Shown one piece after another: positions 1-12,646 of a stretch of 64,000 nucleotides of DNA. The stretch's first letter is position 1, and every line of letters starts with the position of its first letter. The position numbers and the translations under genes are program-made. The notes under the pieces are model-generated. The model ran no database searches. It saw only the letters and a list, made by a program, of their open reading frames with translations, and was not told where the DNA came from. The stretch covers positions 558,001 to 622,000 of the forward strand of contig CM120641.1 of the NCBI GenBank assembly GCA_051362555.1. Direction: 5' to 3'. The stretch comes from Lingula anatina (Eukaryota; Animalia; Brachiopoda).

Positions 1-626
1 AGCCCAATATTCTGCGTGAAATGTAATTCAGGTACTTCTTTGTTCTGGGTTACTGGTATAAATGTATCAACTTGATTCGCGATTTACCCTTCCAAATCTA
101 CAGGATTCGTGAAAACGTTTAATAAGGATAACAGGAATTTGTTCTAGAACGTTGCGAACTTTGCATCATGATTGTAAGGCGATCACTCACTAGAGATAAA
201 TACAACAAACTTTTCAAACAAGGAAGGTAGAAAAGTGGAAATGTGACTAGTTTACGGTTCAATTCGTATAATGTATATATTATCACCTTAGTCTCTGTCA
301 CGGGAATCCTGACCAATGAGAATGGCTGAATATCTCTAAGCAGACACTTCCTGTCATTTAACACAAAAAATAAATTATTCTGGTAATGTTATAAGTTCTT
401 TGCATTTCTGCAAGTACGGCAATTTTCTATCTTGATGAATGGTGATAGCTTTCTATTCCTTGTGATTGGTGATTGACCTGAATATTTCTTCGTGATTGGT
501 GATTGACCTATTTTAATTCTTCATAATTGGTGATTAAGGGGGGGGGGGTATTCCCTACCCTCTTTGTAAGGAATCGCCATTTTGTAACATGGTAGCCAAT
601 GGGTATCTCAAGCACCACATGACTAA

Positions 627-835
627 GACCCCATTTCCACATTTTTCTACTTTAGATGGACCTAACTCCCTGGGGGTTCATGCTAAATAGCTGTCAGATG
701 AGCGGACGCCAAAGTTAATTACCCCCTTACAGCTTGTAGTAGGCAGGACGGACATTTAAGCTGGATTATCTGACAGTAATCTAGTGAGACTCCCTGCGGG
801 GATAGATCGATCTAAAAGCTCTGGGAATACAGCCT
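627..835. mobile_element. Degenerate MITE (possibly PIF/Harbinger-like) downstream of the stop codon of EF-hand copy 1
   Basis: About 210 bp absent from copies 2 and 3 (which read ctaaaatgca), flanked by TAA on both sides, with imperfect terminal inverted repeats (tttagatgga / tcgatctaaa). Confidence 0.5.
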
Positions 836-912
836 TAAATGCAGTCAGATGGGAAGAAGAAACAGTAAAGCAGCAATCAGTAACATGCTACCTTTAGTCA
901 TTTCCAACATCA

Positions 913-1976
913 TTAGGCACGGCTACCAAAAATGATATCAGTGGTACTGAAATTTTGATGGTACCAATAGCGGTCGCATGCACTAACAAATTCCTCTGCA
1001 TCAAGGAAGCCATTTGCATTCTGATCAATAGCATCAAAAATTGGTTGAATCTTAGCTGTGTTTCGATAAACAAAAAGGAATTTGGAATACTCATCTACTG
1101 TCAACTTGCCATCGCAGTCAATATCAAATATGCCAAACACATTTGATGAGATTTCAGCGACCTCCTCTGTTGAAATAGGAATGTCTATCTCAGATTCTTG
1201 AAGAAAGTCTCCCAACGTAATGTTTGTTTTATAGTTTGTGTATTTGTTTGACCACCAGACCCGAAAGCCATTGGAAAACATACCATTCACCGACATAGCT
1301 CTCCAAGATGGCAGAACTTTTTGAGCTCGTTTTGTTGTTAAACCAACAAGTTCCTCTTCAGTAACGATGCCATCTTCATCTACGTCAATGATGTCAAAGA
1401 ATGCTTTGTAATTAGTAACCCAGTAGGAACTTAGTTTCGGTTGGTGTTCTAAAATATGAAGAAATGATCCGTCTTTCATATTAGGAGTTGATCTCTGGCT
1501 GGGATATATATTTTATATTTTGCAGGTTTATTATTTGTTTTAGATATGACATTTTCTTGCATGTATTTTGTTTGAATATTTGAAAACTATTTTTGAATAG
1601 GGTTTAAAATGGACATACAGTATGAGATGCTGTAATTGTTTTGAACAGGTGAATTATTTTTCTTAGAAATGACATTGATTATGCCAAATAAAAATTGGCT
1701 TTATGAAAAATTGGTTTCTTGATGTTGAGTCACCATCCAAGAAAAAAATCCTCTAGTTCAATGAAGTGAAACAGACTGAAAGGTCCCAGACCAGCAGAAA
1801 ATTCCACCCCAACTCCCTGTATTTAAGAACCATATACTGCCTGCCTGACAATACTGTCTTAGCTTGTTTAACTAAACCAATGGATGCTTTTCTAGACCTA
1901 CCTTCAAAATACTTGAAGAATCAACAGCAAGAACAGCAACCAGTAGGAACAGACTTATCAGCTTAATGGATGCCAT
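913..1976 (-). CDS. Secreted EF-hand Ca2+-binding protein, SCP/aequorin-fold family, copy 1 (about 218 aa)
   Basis: Signal-peptide exon 1902-1976 (MASIKLISLFLLVAVLAVDSSSILK, donor AAG|GTAGGT, phase 0) joins in frame via ccag| to exon 913-1494. EF loops DVDEDGIVTEEE, DIDCDGKLTVDE and DQNANGFLDAEE plus a degenerate EF2; W-x4-K-x2-F N-terminal helix and IFG C-terminus are typical of sarcoplasmic calcium-binding proteins. Confidence 0.8.
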
Positions 1977-2426
1977 TATTTTAAAGACTGACTTGCCAAG
2001 ATTTCTAAAACAAGGGTATCAACAGAACTAAAAATATTAACAACTAGTATGAAAATGAACTATAATTAAGTCCATTTTTAAAAGAAATAATCAGGGTTCT
2101 CTTTTACACCTAATTACATCTACCACAAATATTAAACACATTTATAAGTAATATTGTAACTCAAATCACTAGAGTTGTACATTTAAAAGTGGAGAATTCC
2201 TAGCTGATATGAAACATTCATGCCTGGTCTTTATGAATCTCTTCAGTCTGGAATTGGTCTTATCTCAGTTGGGAATATACAAAGCAGTGTGGCTTTACAA
2301 AGCTGTTACACATGTATTAATAGCACTACTACATGTAGTGAAAAGAGACAAAGCTAGGGTGCCATTTTCATAATAGATATAATGATAAAATATCCCCCAA
2401 ATGTTATTGAAGAGTCCATGCCTTAC

Positions 2427-2508
2427 CAGTTTTCTGTCCTACAGTTCTTAGGAGATTTGTGCCTTGACTGATGTGTGGCGTTTCTCGGAGGGTGGTGTAT
2501 TTAAATAC
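2427..2508 (-). promoter_or_regulatory. Putative core promoter and non-coding first exon of EF-hand copy 1 (paralogous blocks at about 5480-5565 and 14205-14285)
   Basis: Minus strand reads TATTTAAATA, then an Inr-like TCAGTC (2466-2471), then donor CTG|GTAAGG at 2426. The block is almost invariant in all three copies. TATA-Inr spacing (about 38 nt) is longer than canonical. Confidence 0.45.
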
Positions 2509-2881
2509 AATCACATTAAAATGTATTGCAGATAAAGTTTCCCATGTCACGTATTCTTGTCCCCTATTCCTTATGTTATCAATCCTATTTTACCTGCATG
2601 TTTCAAAGCCCACCTTTATCTAAGAAAATGTAAGTGCCAAACTACTGGTACATGTTTATGTGTGCTGAGGTTGAGTGTGCTGAGACCGAGACTGCCAATT
2701 GATGTGTAGCTTCGGTGCACAGTTAACCTTCACTGTAGAATTGGTGCTCCATATTGCCGTTTCTTCACTCTGAGCAGGTAGGTAAAAAAAAGGCAGATCA
2801 GTGTCTATGGTGCACAGGTAGCACTCACTGTGGAAACTGTGCTGACTATTACAGCCTCTCTCCAGCATGAGGGGAGACCAA

Positions 2882-3066
2882 CAGGCCCGTAGCCAGGGGG
2901 GGTTCAGGGGGTTCGAAAGAACTGCCCCTTTTGTCAGGAAAAGGTCCATCTTGGGTAAAATGTTATCTAGGTACACATAAGTTTCATTGTAAAAGGTCCA
3001 CTTTGATAGGAAAAAAGACATTATGGGCCATGATCAGCAGCCACCTTATTCTCAGTGCACGGGCTG
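2882..3066. mobile_element. hAT-like MITE
   Basis: Starts CAGGCCCGTAGCCAGGGGGGG and ends GCACGGGCTG; absent at the paralogous position near 5950; TSD not clean. Confidence 0.5.
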
Positions 3067-3914
3067 GAGAGACCCATAACACATTGCCTGGCTTCCAGGG
3101 TGAAGGTTACCAGCTGGTTGCAGTAAACCCTAATCTCTGATTGCCCTTTCCTCCATCCACTCCTGTTTCCCTCCACTAAAATTATTCTAGTTTCTCAGTG
3201 TCAGAATCGATTTTGTAAAATGGTACTATTTTCTGGTGGCCAGAATGGTTTTTGAAAAATGAAGCTACATGTATGTTCCGGTTGCCAAGTTTTTTTATTT
3301 AAAAGGACACCAGTTTTTGGTTGATTTAATCATAGATATTGATCTGCGGTCTTTTCGGTCTCTGCGATTTCGAGGCGGAGGCCATAATTAATATTGAGCA
3401 TGGCTTTTGCAATGAAGGCACTGCAGACACTGATCAGAGGTTGGCAAGATAAAACTGTTACACACTGCACAGCTTCAGAGGTGAAAGCTGCCTTTGTGTA
3501 GACATTGATGGACAATTAACCCTTTTTCTGTCCGCTCCTTTTTCTCTCCACAAAAAACAATATGGTTGTTATTCCTATATTGAGAGAACCACATATCAAA
3601 CAGGAGGATTTGTTTTATTCCACATATGATATACACTATAGCTAGCAGCTGTAAAGAGTTAAGACAATAATAAAAAACAAACAATAAATACCTCTCTATC
3701 ATTACCATGACACAATTCAAGAAAAAACATGGAAAACAAGTTAGTGTGTGATATTTTGTGAAATTTGTCTTTGTAAGGAATCGCCATTGTACATGTATAA
3801 CATGGTAGCCAATGGGTATCTCAAGCACCACATGGCTAAAATGCAATCAGATGGAAAGAAGAAACAGTAAAGCAGCAATCAGTAACATGCTACTTTGAGT
3901 CATTGCCAACATAA

Positions 3915-5009
3915 TTAGTCACGTCTGCCTAAAATGACATCAGTGGTGCTGAACTTTTGATGGTACCAATAGAGGTTGTATGCACTAACAAATTCTTCTG
4001 CATCAAGGAAGCCATTTGTGTTCTGATCAATTGCATCAAAAATTGGTTGAATCTCAGCTGTGTTGCGAAAAAGAAATAGGAATTTGGAATACTCATCTAT
4101 GGACAACTTGCCATCGCAGTCAGTATCAAACGTGCCAAACATATTTGATGAGATTTCAGTGACCTCCTCTGTTGAAATAGTAATATCTATCTCAGACTCT
4201 TGAATAAAGTCTTCCAATGTAATGTTTGTTTTATAGTTTGTGTATTTGTTTGACCAAAAGACCCGAAAGGCATTTGAAAACATACCATTCACCGCCATAG
4301 CTCTCCAAGAAGGCAGAACTTTTCTAGCTCGTTTTGTTGTTAAACCAACATATTCTTCCTTCGTAACGATGCCATCTTCATCAACATCAATGATATCAAA
4401 GAATGCTTTGTACTTGGTAACCCAGTAGGAACTAAACTTTCGGTTGGTGTTCTAAAATATGAAGAAATGATCCTTTATTGGCCAGCCATGTATGTCAATC
4501 TCATTAAGAGTTGGTCTCTGGCTATGATTTATATATCATATTATTCAGGTGTATTAATTATTTGTTTTAGATATGATATTTTCTTGCATGTATTTTGTTT
4601 AAATATTTGAAAACTATTTTTGAATTGGATTTAAAATGGACATACAGGGTACAGCATGAGATGCTTTAATTGTTTTGAACAGGTGAATTATTTTTCTTAG
4701 AAATGACATTGATATTGGTTTTATTAAAAATCGGTTTCTTGTTTTGTTTATAAACATGTTGAGTTACCATCCAAGAAAAAATTCTCTAATTTAATGAAGT
4801 GAAACACACTTAAAGGTTACAAACCAGCAGAAAATTCCACCCCAACTCCCTGTACTTAAGAACCATATACTGCCTGCCTGACAATGCTGTCTTAGCTTGT
4901 TTCACTAAACAAGTGAACACTTTTCTGGACCTACCTTCAAAATACTTAAAGAATCAACAGCAAGAACAGCAACCAGTAAGAGTAGGCTTATCAGCTTAAT
5001 GGATACCAT
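3915..5009 (-). CDS. Secreted EF-hand protein, copy 2
   Basis: Signal exon 4935-5009 (MVSIKLISLLLLVAVLAVDSLSILK). Main exon 3915-4451 is open if the tttcttcatattttag acceptor is used (NTNRKFSSYWVTKYKAFFDIIDVDEDG...). The acceptor equivalent to copy 1 (4517) would include an in-frame TAG. Confidence 0.72.
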
Positions 5010-6034
5010 TATTTTAAAGTCTGACTTGCCAAGATTTCTAAAACAAGGGAATCAACAGAACTAAAAAATTAACAATTAGTATGAAATATAAACTATAATT
5101 AAGTCCATTTTTAAAAGAAATAATCAGGGTTCTCTTTTACACCTAATTACATCTACCACAAATATTAAACACACTTATAAGTAATAATAATAATGATAAG
5201 AAATAGAATACATTTATTATAACTCAAGTCACTTGAGTTGTACATTTAAAAGAGGAGAATTCCTAGCTGATATTAAACATTTATGCCAGATCTTTATGAA
5301 TCTCTTCAGTCATGAATTTTTTTTATCTCAGTAAGGAAATTGACAAAGCAATGTGGCTCTACAAAGCTGTTACACATGTAGTTATCGATAACAAACAAAG
5401 AGACAAAGGGTGCCATTTTCATAATAGATATAATGATAAAATATCATCCCCCAAATGTTATTGAACACTCCATGCCTTACCGGTTTTTCTGTCCTACAGT
5501 TCTTAGGAGATTTGTGCCTTGACTGATGTGTGGCGTTTCTCGGAGGGTGGTGTATTTAAATACACTATCATATTGAAATGTATTCCAGATAAAGTTGCTT
5601 TGTCACGTACTATTGTCCCCTATTCCTCATGTTATCAATCCTATTTTACCTGCAGGTTTCAAAGCCCACCTTTATGTAATAAAATGTAAGCGCCAAACTA
5701 CATGGTCATATGGGCTGAGACCGAGTGTGCTGAGACCAAGACGTCAGCCAGTTGATGTGTAGCCTCAGTGCACAGTTAGCCTTCACTGCAGAATTGGTGC
5801 TCCATATTAATATTGCGGTTCCTTCCCTTTGAGCGGGTAGGCAAAAAATAAAAAAATTAAAAAATAAAAATAAAAAGCCAGATCAGTGTCTATGGTGCAC
5901 AGGTAGCACTTACTGTGGAAACTGTGCTGACTATTACAGTCTCTTTCCAGTGTGCGAGGAGCTCAGGCCAATATGGTTGCCAATCATTGTTTGCAATTTA
6001 ATTATATAATATCCTAGGCTTGGAGAGAGATTTA

Positions 6035-9000
6035 CGGTAATGTGCCATGAATTTCGAACAGTAGAAAATAATTAAATTTGGGAAAAGATCGTTCTGGCCG
6101 AAATTCATGAAATGGAGGTGCTCAGAACTTCCGAAAATTCGAATTTCATGGAATTCTGTCAATTTTGACCGGAAGTTGTCTGTTCGTCGCTAGGCCTTCT
6201 GTTATCTTCTCCCGGCGATCTATTTAGAGTTACCATAATGTATGATGTGTGAGTGTCGGTAATTGCGACCAAAGATATACACGTACTTTCACCCGATCAC
6301 TGTGTATGGCCCATAGATAGAGCGGTACTGTTGTCTAGGGCCGCAAAACAGCACGTCCTTGCACCATTTATAAAATAATTCGTCAGTAGTGTCGTTTTTC
6401 AAACGCGATTCTGGCAGCCAGAAACTAGTGTCGTTTTTCAAAAACGATCCTGGCGCTCAGAACGGGAGTGGACGGAGGGAGAGACGGCCGACGATTAGCG
6501 TCTGTCACGACCAGATAACCTTTACTATGGAAGCTTAGTGTTACCGTTGCTCCTTTCCGTGCACTGAAACTGAGACGACAGCCGATCAGTGTCTATATAT
6601 GGCGTACGTGCAGGTAGCCTTCATCTGCGATAAGTGTCTTACGCGACCAGGTTCGTTGCCTTTACCGTTAAAGTCGGGCGGAGCTTTACGCGCGAATGCG
6701 TCCTCATCTCGCCGTTCGCGGGTCGGTGTCTCCGACGCATACGTAGCCTTCCCTGCAGAAGCCGGCCTCGGCACTACGGCCTCTCCTCCGTGCAGAGAGG
6801 CCATTACGACCGCAGATCCGTATGTGCGGCGCACAGGTAGCCTTCGCCACGGCAGCCGAACTGTGTATTACGGTCTCTCTCCGTCGTGCGCTGCGACCAA
6901 GATGACCGCTGATTGTTGTCTGCGATCAAATATACTAGGTTTGGGGGTGGGGTGGGTGCAGGGCCGTTTTTTTTTTTTTTTTCGCTCAGGCAACCCAATC
7001 TTAACCAGCAGCAGCAACTGATTTCCTGGCGCATAGTTGCGTCAATGTACGCATTTGAAAAGCGTGTACGTTTTGTCATTGAAACCATCTTCAAACAAAC
7101 GCGAGAGATAAGTAATCTAGACTAAACCGAAAAGGCAGCTTTTATATTCGTTCAAGGGACTGGAAGATCGTCAATGGGAGATAGTGAGCGATCTGAGCGC
7201 GACAGTAAGTCAATTTCCACACTAGTTCAAGGGACTTCGTTACTATATTCGTCAGCAAGAGATCGTCAGCGATCCGAGCAAGCATAGAAGCTTGGACTTT
7301 TTGTCCATGCTAGAAGGCAATTTTCATGTAGTCAGTAGGATATGGTTTGCTGGTTTGCGACAGGGGCGTAACCAGGCATAGGCACGGAGACACTGTGCGT
7401 ATATAATTTTTTGGCCAACCATGATATTATTCTCTATAAATCTAGTGTACTTTTCAAGGAATATTATCGAAAATCCCCTTCGATTATATGTTAAGGTCAC
7501 CTGAATGTACAAATTCTCTGTATAATTTATATATGCACCATTGTTCTGACACCCTTCTCGTTTGCTTTCACAGAACTGAGGTAAACAATACTAGTTACCA
7601 TCTGAAGTCCGATCTTAATCGTCCATCTAGCTGGAACTTGCTTTACCTCTTAATTAGAGGGTAAAGTGCCCTTCAGCCCACAGGTAGCTTTTGTCTTGAG
7701 TGTATCGAACGCGATATTTATCTCAGATAAAAATTTACCTGTGTGTTATTTCAAAGAGCTGCTCCAGCAGATCTGGGGGCACTAGATAAATCTGATCATC
7801 GGGCTAAACAAGGAGCCAGAGAAACAAAGGAAGATTGATTTTTCCTGCAAAGTTTCAAAGAATTTTGACACGGACTTGATCCAGCTTAACCCTCCAAACT
7901 AACGGGGTGGCATGGGCAATTTTTACAAAATTTACAAATAATTAAATTTAGATATATTACGATTTTATCCTTTAATATAATTTTGGGAGGCATGCACCCG
8001 CATGTAAGCTGGGTGATGTCAGTAAGCCCCTAGTTAAATAAATATACCCTTATGAACAAGGCTTTTCCCAGCGAACCGTCCAGCCGTCATTTGGACGGCC
8101 GCTGACATCACCGGACCGCCTATATTTTCAAAGACGGCTAGACGGCTTGCGACTTTTTTTTTACAGTCTGTTAATGACGTCTTGGCTTGTCGGGACAGCC
8201 GTGGACGTTGTAAGAAATTTTCTTAGAGTAATTTGACGTACCTAGCTTTTATGATGCGTCACAGATGAATGGCCCTACTACTTTGTAGTGTACGCTGATA
8301 TTCAGTCACGACGAAACTACTTCCTAAAGCTTACAAAACACAATAAAATGTTTCTATGAACTTTAAGATACACATTCCACGTCGTATGCAGCAGTGACAA
8401 GAGTGACCTTCATGCGGTACAAAACACTAAGCAAACTACAGGCCAATTTGTGAAAGGGGACACCTTCCAGACCTTCATACGCACGGCAACTGACAAAGCT
8501 GATTGACAAAAAGGAAAATTTCAAATTTTCAGCGAGAGATAGTTCGCAATCCGAGAGAGACCAGGAGGCAATTTTCATATTTGTTAAAGAGACTTCGTAA
8601 GCCAAAGGGCGAGACGAGAACGCAATTTTCGTATCGTCAGCGTCGCAATCCGAGTGAAACGAGAAAGCTCATACTCGTTCAGTGGCTTTCGTTTGCGGCA
8701 GATCGTCAGCCGGAGATCGTTCTCGATTGTTTTTAACCCTCCATCCCTCCCCATTGGGATTTATTATTTTAAAAAATATTTTTCATTTCATTTGTACATT
8801 TCAAGGGACTTCATTAGCGGAAGATCGTCAGCGGGAGATCGTGAACGATCTGAGCGACACAAGAAAGCAATAATGGTAATCTTTATTGCAGCTCTTAATA
8901 TTGCTCTTTTGTTCTGTTACTGAAGTCTCTACGATAACAATGCTATTGTGCGCCTCAGCAAAACTACCGATCGCTATCTCACACCGAATACTGCGGTAAA

Positions 9001-9352
9001 GAAACAACAGCCCGACAGTACAACTCTTAATAGATTCTCCTGTTATCTGAATGAATGGATATGACGATGTTGTTTAGCGTCCTAAACTAACTGTACTGAT
9101 CGTTATCTTGCACCGTGGGCCGCACACGTAGTACTCAGGTAAAGGTACGCTAGGGCAACATTGCCGACTGTTAGATCTTTATAAGCGCGAGAATAGCCCG
9201 GTGGCCGATTTTAAGGTGTACGAAATTCACGAAATGAAGATCGCGCAAAATTGCTTACTGGCCGAAATTCATGGTCCAGAAAAAACTCCAGACGGCCGAT
9301 TTTAAGATCGTTCGAAATTCAAGAGCCGTTCGAAATTCATGGCACATTACCG
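6035..9352. mobile_element. Non-autonomous TIR DNA transposon, TA target duplication (Tc1/mariner-type), about 3.3 kb
   Basis: Perfect 25-bp TIR CGGTAATGTGCCATGAATTTCGAAC / GTTCGAAATTCATGGCACATTACCG with TA on both sides. The empty site gagagatttaagacccc matches the adjacent duplicate gagagatttcagacccc (about 9384-9400). CpG-rich interior, subterminal cgaaattca repeats, no transposase ORF. Confidence 0.85.
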
Positions 9353-10064
9353 TAAGACCCCAGGGTGTCTCACTAGGCTGGGTGAGAGATTTCAGACCCC
9401 AGGAACGAGTGTGCTGAGACCAAGATGTCCGCCAGTTGATGTGAAGCTTCGGTGCACAGTAAACCTTCAGGGTAGAATTGGTGCTCCATATTGCGCTTTC
9501 TTCCCTCTGAGCCGGTAGGCAAAAAAAAGAGTACCGGAACGCAGCCCTACTATAGAACCTTCGGACCAATGAAACCCTTGATTAAAAAACCAATGAAAAT
9601 GTTATCATTTTTCAGACCAATGAACCTTTAGTCTATCGAGAAGCCCTCGGCAAGACATAGGCTGGACCCCCCTGACCCCCCTGACCCCCCCCCCCCCAAA
9701 TCTGCCTCTGTAGCATCAGAACTGATTTTGTAAAATGACACTAGTTTCTGGTTGCTAGAATTTTTTTTAAATCTTTAACGAAGCTAGTTTCTGGATGTCA
9801 GAGTTTTTTTTTTCTTTTTTTTTTTTTTTAACAAGGCTAGTTTCTGGTTGCCAAGTTTGTTTTTTAAAAAGGACACTGGTTATTGGTTGATTTAATCATA
9901 GACACTGGTCTATAGTCTCTTCGGCCTCTGTGTGTGGTGGAGAGAGGCCTCAATATTGGGCATGGCCTATAGACAGTGAAGGCTACAATTTAATGCAGAC
10001 ACTGATCATAGGTTATCTCGGTCGAAGCCTCAGCGCATAGTGAATTGAAACTGTTACACACTGT

Positions 10065-12247
10065 CAGCCATTCCACGAAAAAGGGTACAATTCTGAATAA
10101 TACCTGTCGCAGCTTATTTTCGGTAGTAAAAGCATCTGTAATTTAGCTTTTTTTTAGCCTTTTTTAGCAGGACCCGATGTGTTCTAGTTAATAAACAACA
10201 ATTAATATAGTACCACTTGCTTTGACGGGAACCCCGGGGGTCTATATGCCGCAAAAAGCACGATTTCGACGTGTCGCTTCGGTATTATAGCTGATTTGCC
10301 ACAAGAAAAAGTTTATATTTTCCCGTATTTTAGTGTTTTTAGTCCTCAACTAATTTGAATTCATGTTTCTTTTTATCATACATGGTGTTCTCTGTCGAAT
10401 TTGTTGGTTAGTTACGTCACTGTCATAGTTAAATCAATGTCGCTCAGTAACCCCTAACCTCCGTAACGCTTTTTTAAGTCAGTGTAAGAATAAAAGAAAA
10501 TTCTCTTAAATGGCCTTCATGTGCATTTTTCAAACTCTTAATACATGAAGTTTAATAAAACAGTGCTATTTGTTAATTTTGAATGATGCGTTCCATCATA
10601 GAATATGTTAACTCACAAAAGTCGGGGTGTCGCATTTAAGAGCCTAACCTCAGTAACGGACCAAATTTGAAGAAAATGTTGCTTTAGAAAGTTAAAAACA
10701 TCATTTTTGTTAAGCAAGGACCAACTTCTTCCTAAAAAATTCGTTCAATAGTTATGCAAAGTTATCCCGAGGATAAAAACTGATAAAGAGTGCGTGTCAC
10801 CTTACATCCGTTATGCAAACCTCCGTTACGAAATAAGTTAATTGTTATAAAAATGACTGTTAATACTTTAAAACGTTATTTCTGTGGTTTTGTGAGTTAG
10901 TTCTGATCATAGAAGTAGTTCTACTTCTATGTTCTGATGTAGTATGCATTCATACCGCTTGCTGTTAAAGACATTACCCCGTATTAATATAGATATAAAA
11001 TATACATATAGCTGATAATTCTATCAAGATAAGCTAACCATTTAAGTTTTTACTCGAGTTTGCTATAAAATCGAGGGTAAATCGTGATTTGTTTTTATGT
11101 ACAGACACAGATGTGTCTGTACATATAGCCATCACCTGCGTCTGTCGTCGCCGTCGCCGTCGTTGCCGTCGCCGTGCACTTTTACGATAACATGATAAGT
11201 GGAAAACCGTTTTTTCTTTTGGCTTGAAAGTTACAGAACGGATGAATATTCATAATAAGCAGGTCAAGTTCGAAAATCAGCATGATCGGGCCATTTTTGG
11301 GGAATTTATGCTGTTTTTTCACTTTTTTCAGCATTTATGTAGCACCGATAACATGATAAGTGGAAAACCGTAATACGCAGGTCAAGTTCGAATATCAGCA
11401 TGATCGGGCCATTAATATGGAAGTAATGCTGTTTTTTTTTCACTTTTTTTTCAGCATATATGCAATACCTATAACACATTTTAAGGAAAATCGATTGGCC
11501 AATTGTCTTGAAAGTCACAGTAGTGATCAATGTTACTGAAATACAGATTAAGTTTTGAAAATAAGCTTGATCAGTAAAGATTTGGTGAAGTTATGCCTTT
11601 TTATTTTGTATATAAGTGTTTTTTTCCTCAAATTTAATTCTCAGGCACGCTAACAGTCTCATATTTGAACTAATTAGATATGTTAAGTTGTTCTTTTGAC
11701 ATTTTCTGCATCTTAACAACATTGTTAGTTGATTATAAAAAAATGATGGTAAACCTGATATTGTGTATTGTTTAATAAGTGTCAAAAATGGAAAAAAAAC
11801 ACATATCTTTACAGTTTGTCAGATTCAACCATTCACTATGTTCAGAATTTCAGAATGGAGCAAGTTGGACATTAATAATTGTTCTATTGATATTTTTGCT
11901 TTGACAACATATTTTTGATTGATCATATAAAAATGACAGTAAATTGATTATTTTGCTTTATGTAAAAAAGGTGTTGAAAATGGAAATAAACTCTTTCAAT
12001 ACAGTTTTCTCTTGTTTACATTTTGGGATTTTCAAAGTATGACTCTGAACTCTATAGGCTAGTCACATTTTCTGAATATCCATGATACTTTTATTTTATT
12101 AAATACAGTAATGGTGTGGGTTAAAATTCTTCTACTACTCTCTGAATACCTCTTCATCAAAATAATATAAAAAGTTTTCCAGTTTTGCAAAGTTCATATC
12201 ACTGCATTTCTTGTTTTGGAATTGTACCCCTTTTCGTGGAATGGCCG
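10065..12247. mobile_element. Non-autonomous TIR DNA transposon, 3-bp TSD (TGT), about 2.2 kb, superfamily unassigned
   Basis: TIR CAGCCATTCCACGAAAAAGGGTACAATTC / GAATTGTACCCCTTTTCGTGGAATGGCCG (2 mismatches in 29). The empty site is preserved in the paralogous unit near 3460 (acacactgcacagcttcag). Confidence 0.85.
11092..11650 (+). mobile_element. Helentron-associated (HINE/pearl-like) element with internal tandem repeats, nested in the 10065-12247 element
   Basis: T-rich start, palindrome acagacacagatgtgtctgt, (GCCGTC)n microsatellite, then tandem units containing caggtcaagttcgaaaatcagcatgatcgggcca. The 3' limit is approximate. Confidence 0.6.
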
Positions 12248-12646
12248 TGTACAGCTTCAGCGGTGAAAGCTGCCTGTGTTCCAAAGACATTGATGGACAG
12301 TTGACCCTTTTTCTCTCCGCAAAAACAAATTTGAAGATGGGCGTTATTCCTATATTGAGAGAAACACATATCAAACAGAAGGATTTGTTTTATTCCACAT
12401 ATGATGTACACAGCTGCAAAGAGTAAAGACAATAATAAAAAACAATGAATATAGCTCTCTATCTTTACTGTGACACAATTTGAGGAAAAACATGGAAATC
12501 AAGTTGGTGTGTGATATTTTGTGAAATTTATCTTTGTAAGGAATCACCATTGTATAACATGGTAGCCAATCTCAAGCACCACATTTCTAAAATGCAGTCA
12601 GATGGGAAGAAGAAACAGTAAAGCAGCAATCAGTAACATGCTACCT

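Noticed and set aside
913-1479. Aequorin/obelin-type photoprotein
   Set aside because: Fold-level resemblance only. By eye the positions matching the coelenterazine-binding His16, His169 and Tyr184 are Tyr, Cys/Tyr/Trp and Phe, and there is no C-terminal Pro.
1465-1479. MKDGS as the true start of a single-exon EF-hand gene
   Set aside because: That ATG is not conserved in copies 2 and 3, whereas the upstream signal-peptide exon is conserved in all three.
6586-7125. Overlapping 68-140 aa ORFs as a transposase or captured gene
   Set aside because: GC-rich repeat interior, no DDE or other recognisable motif, ORFs in several frames on both strands.
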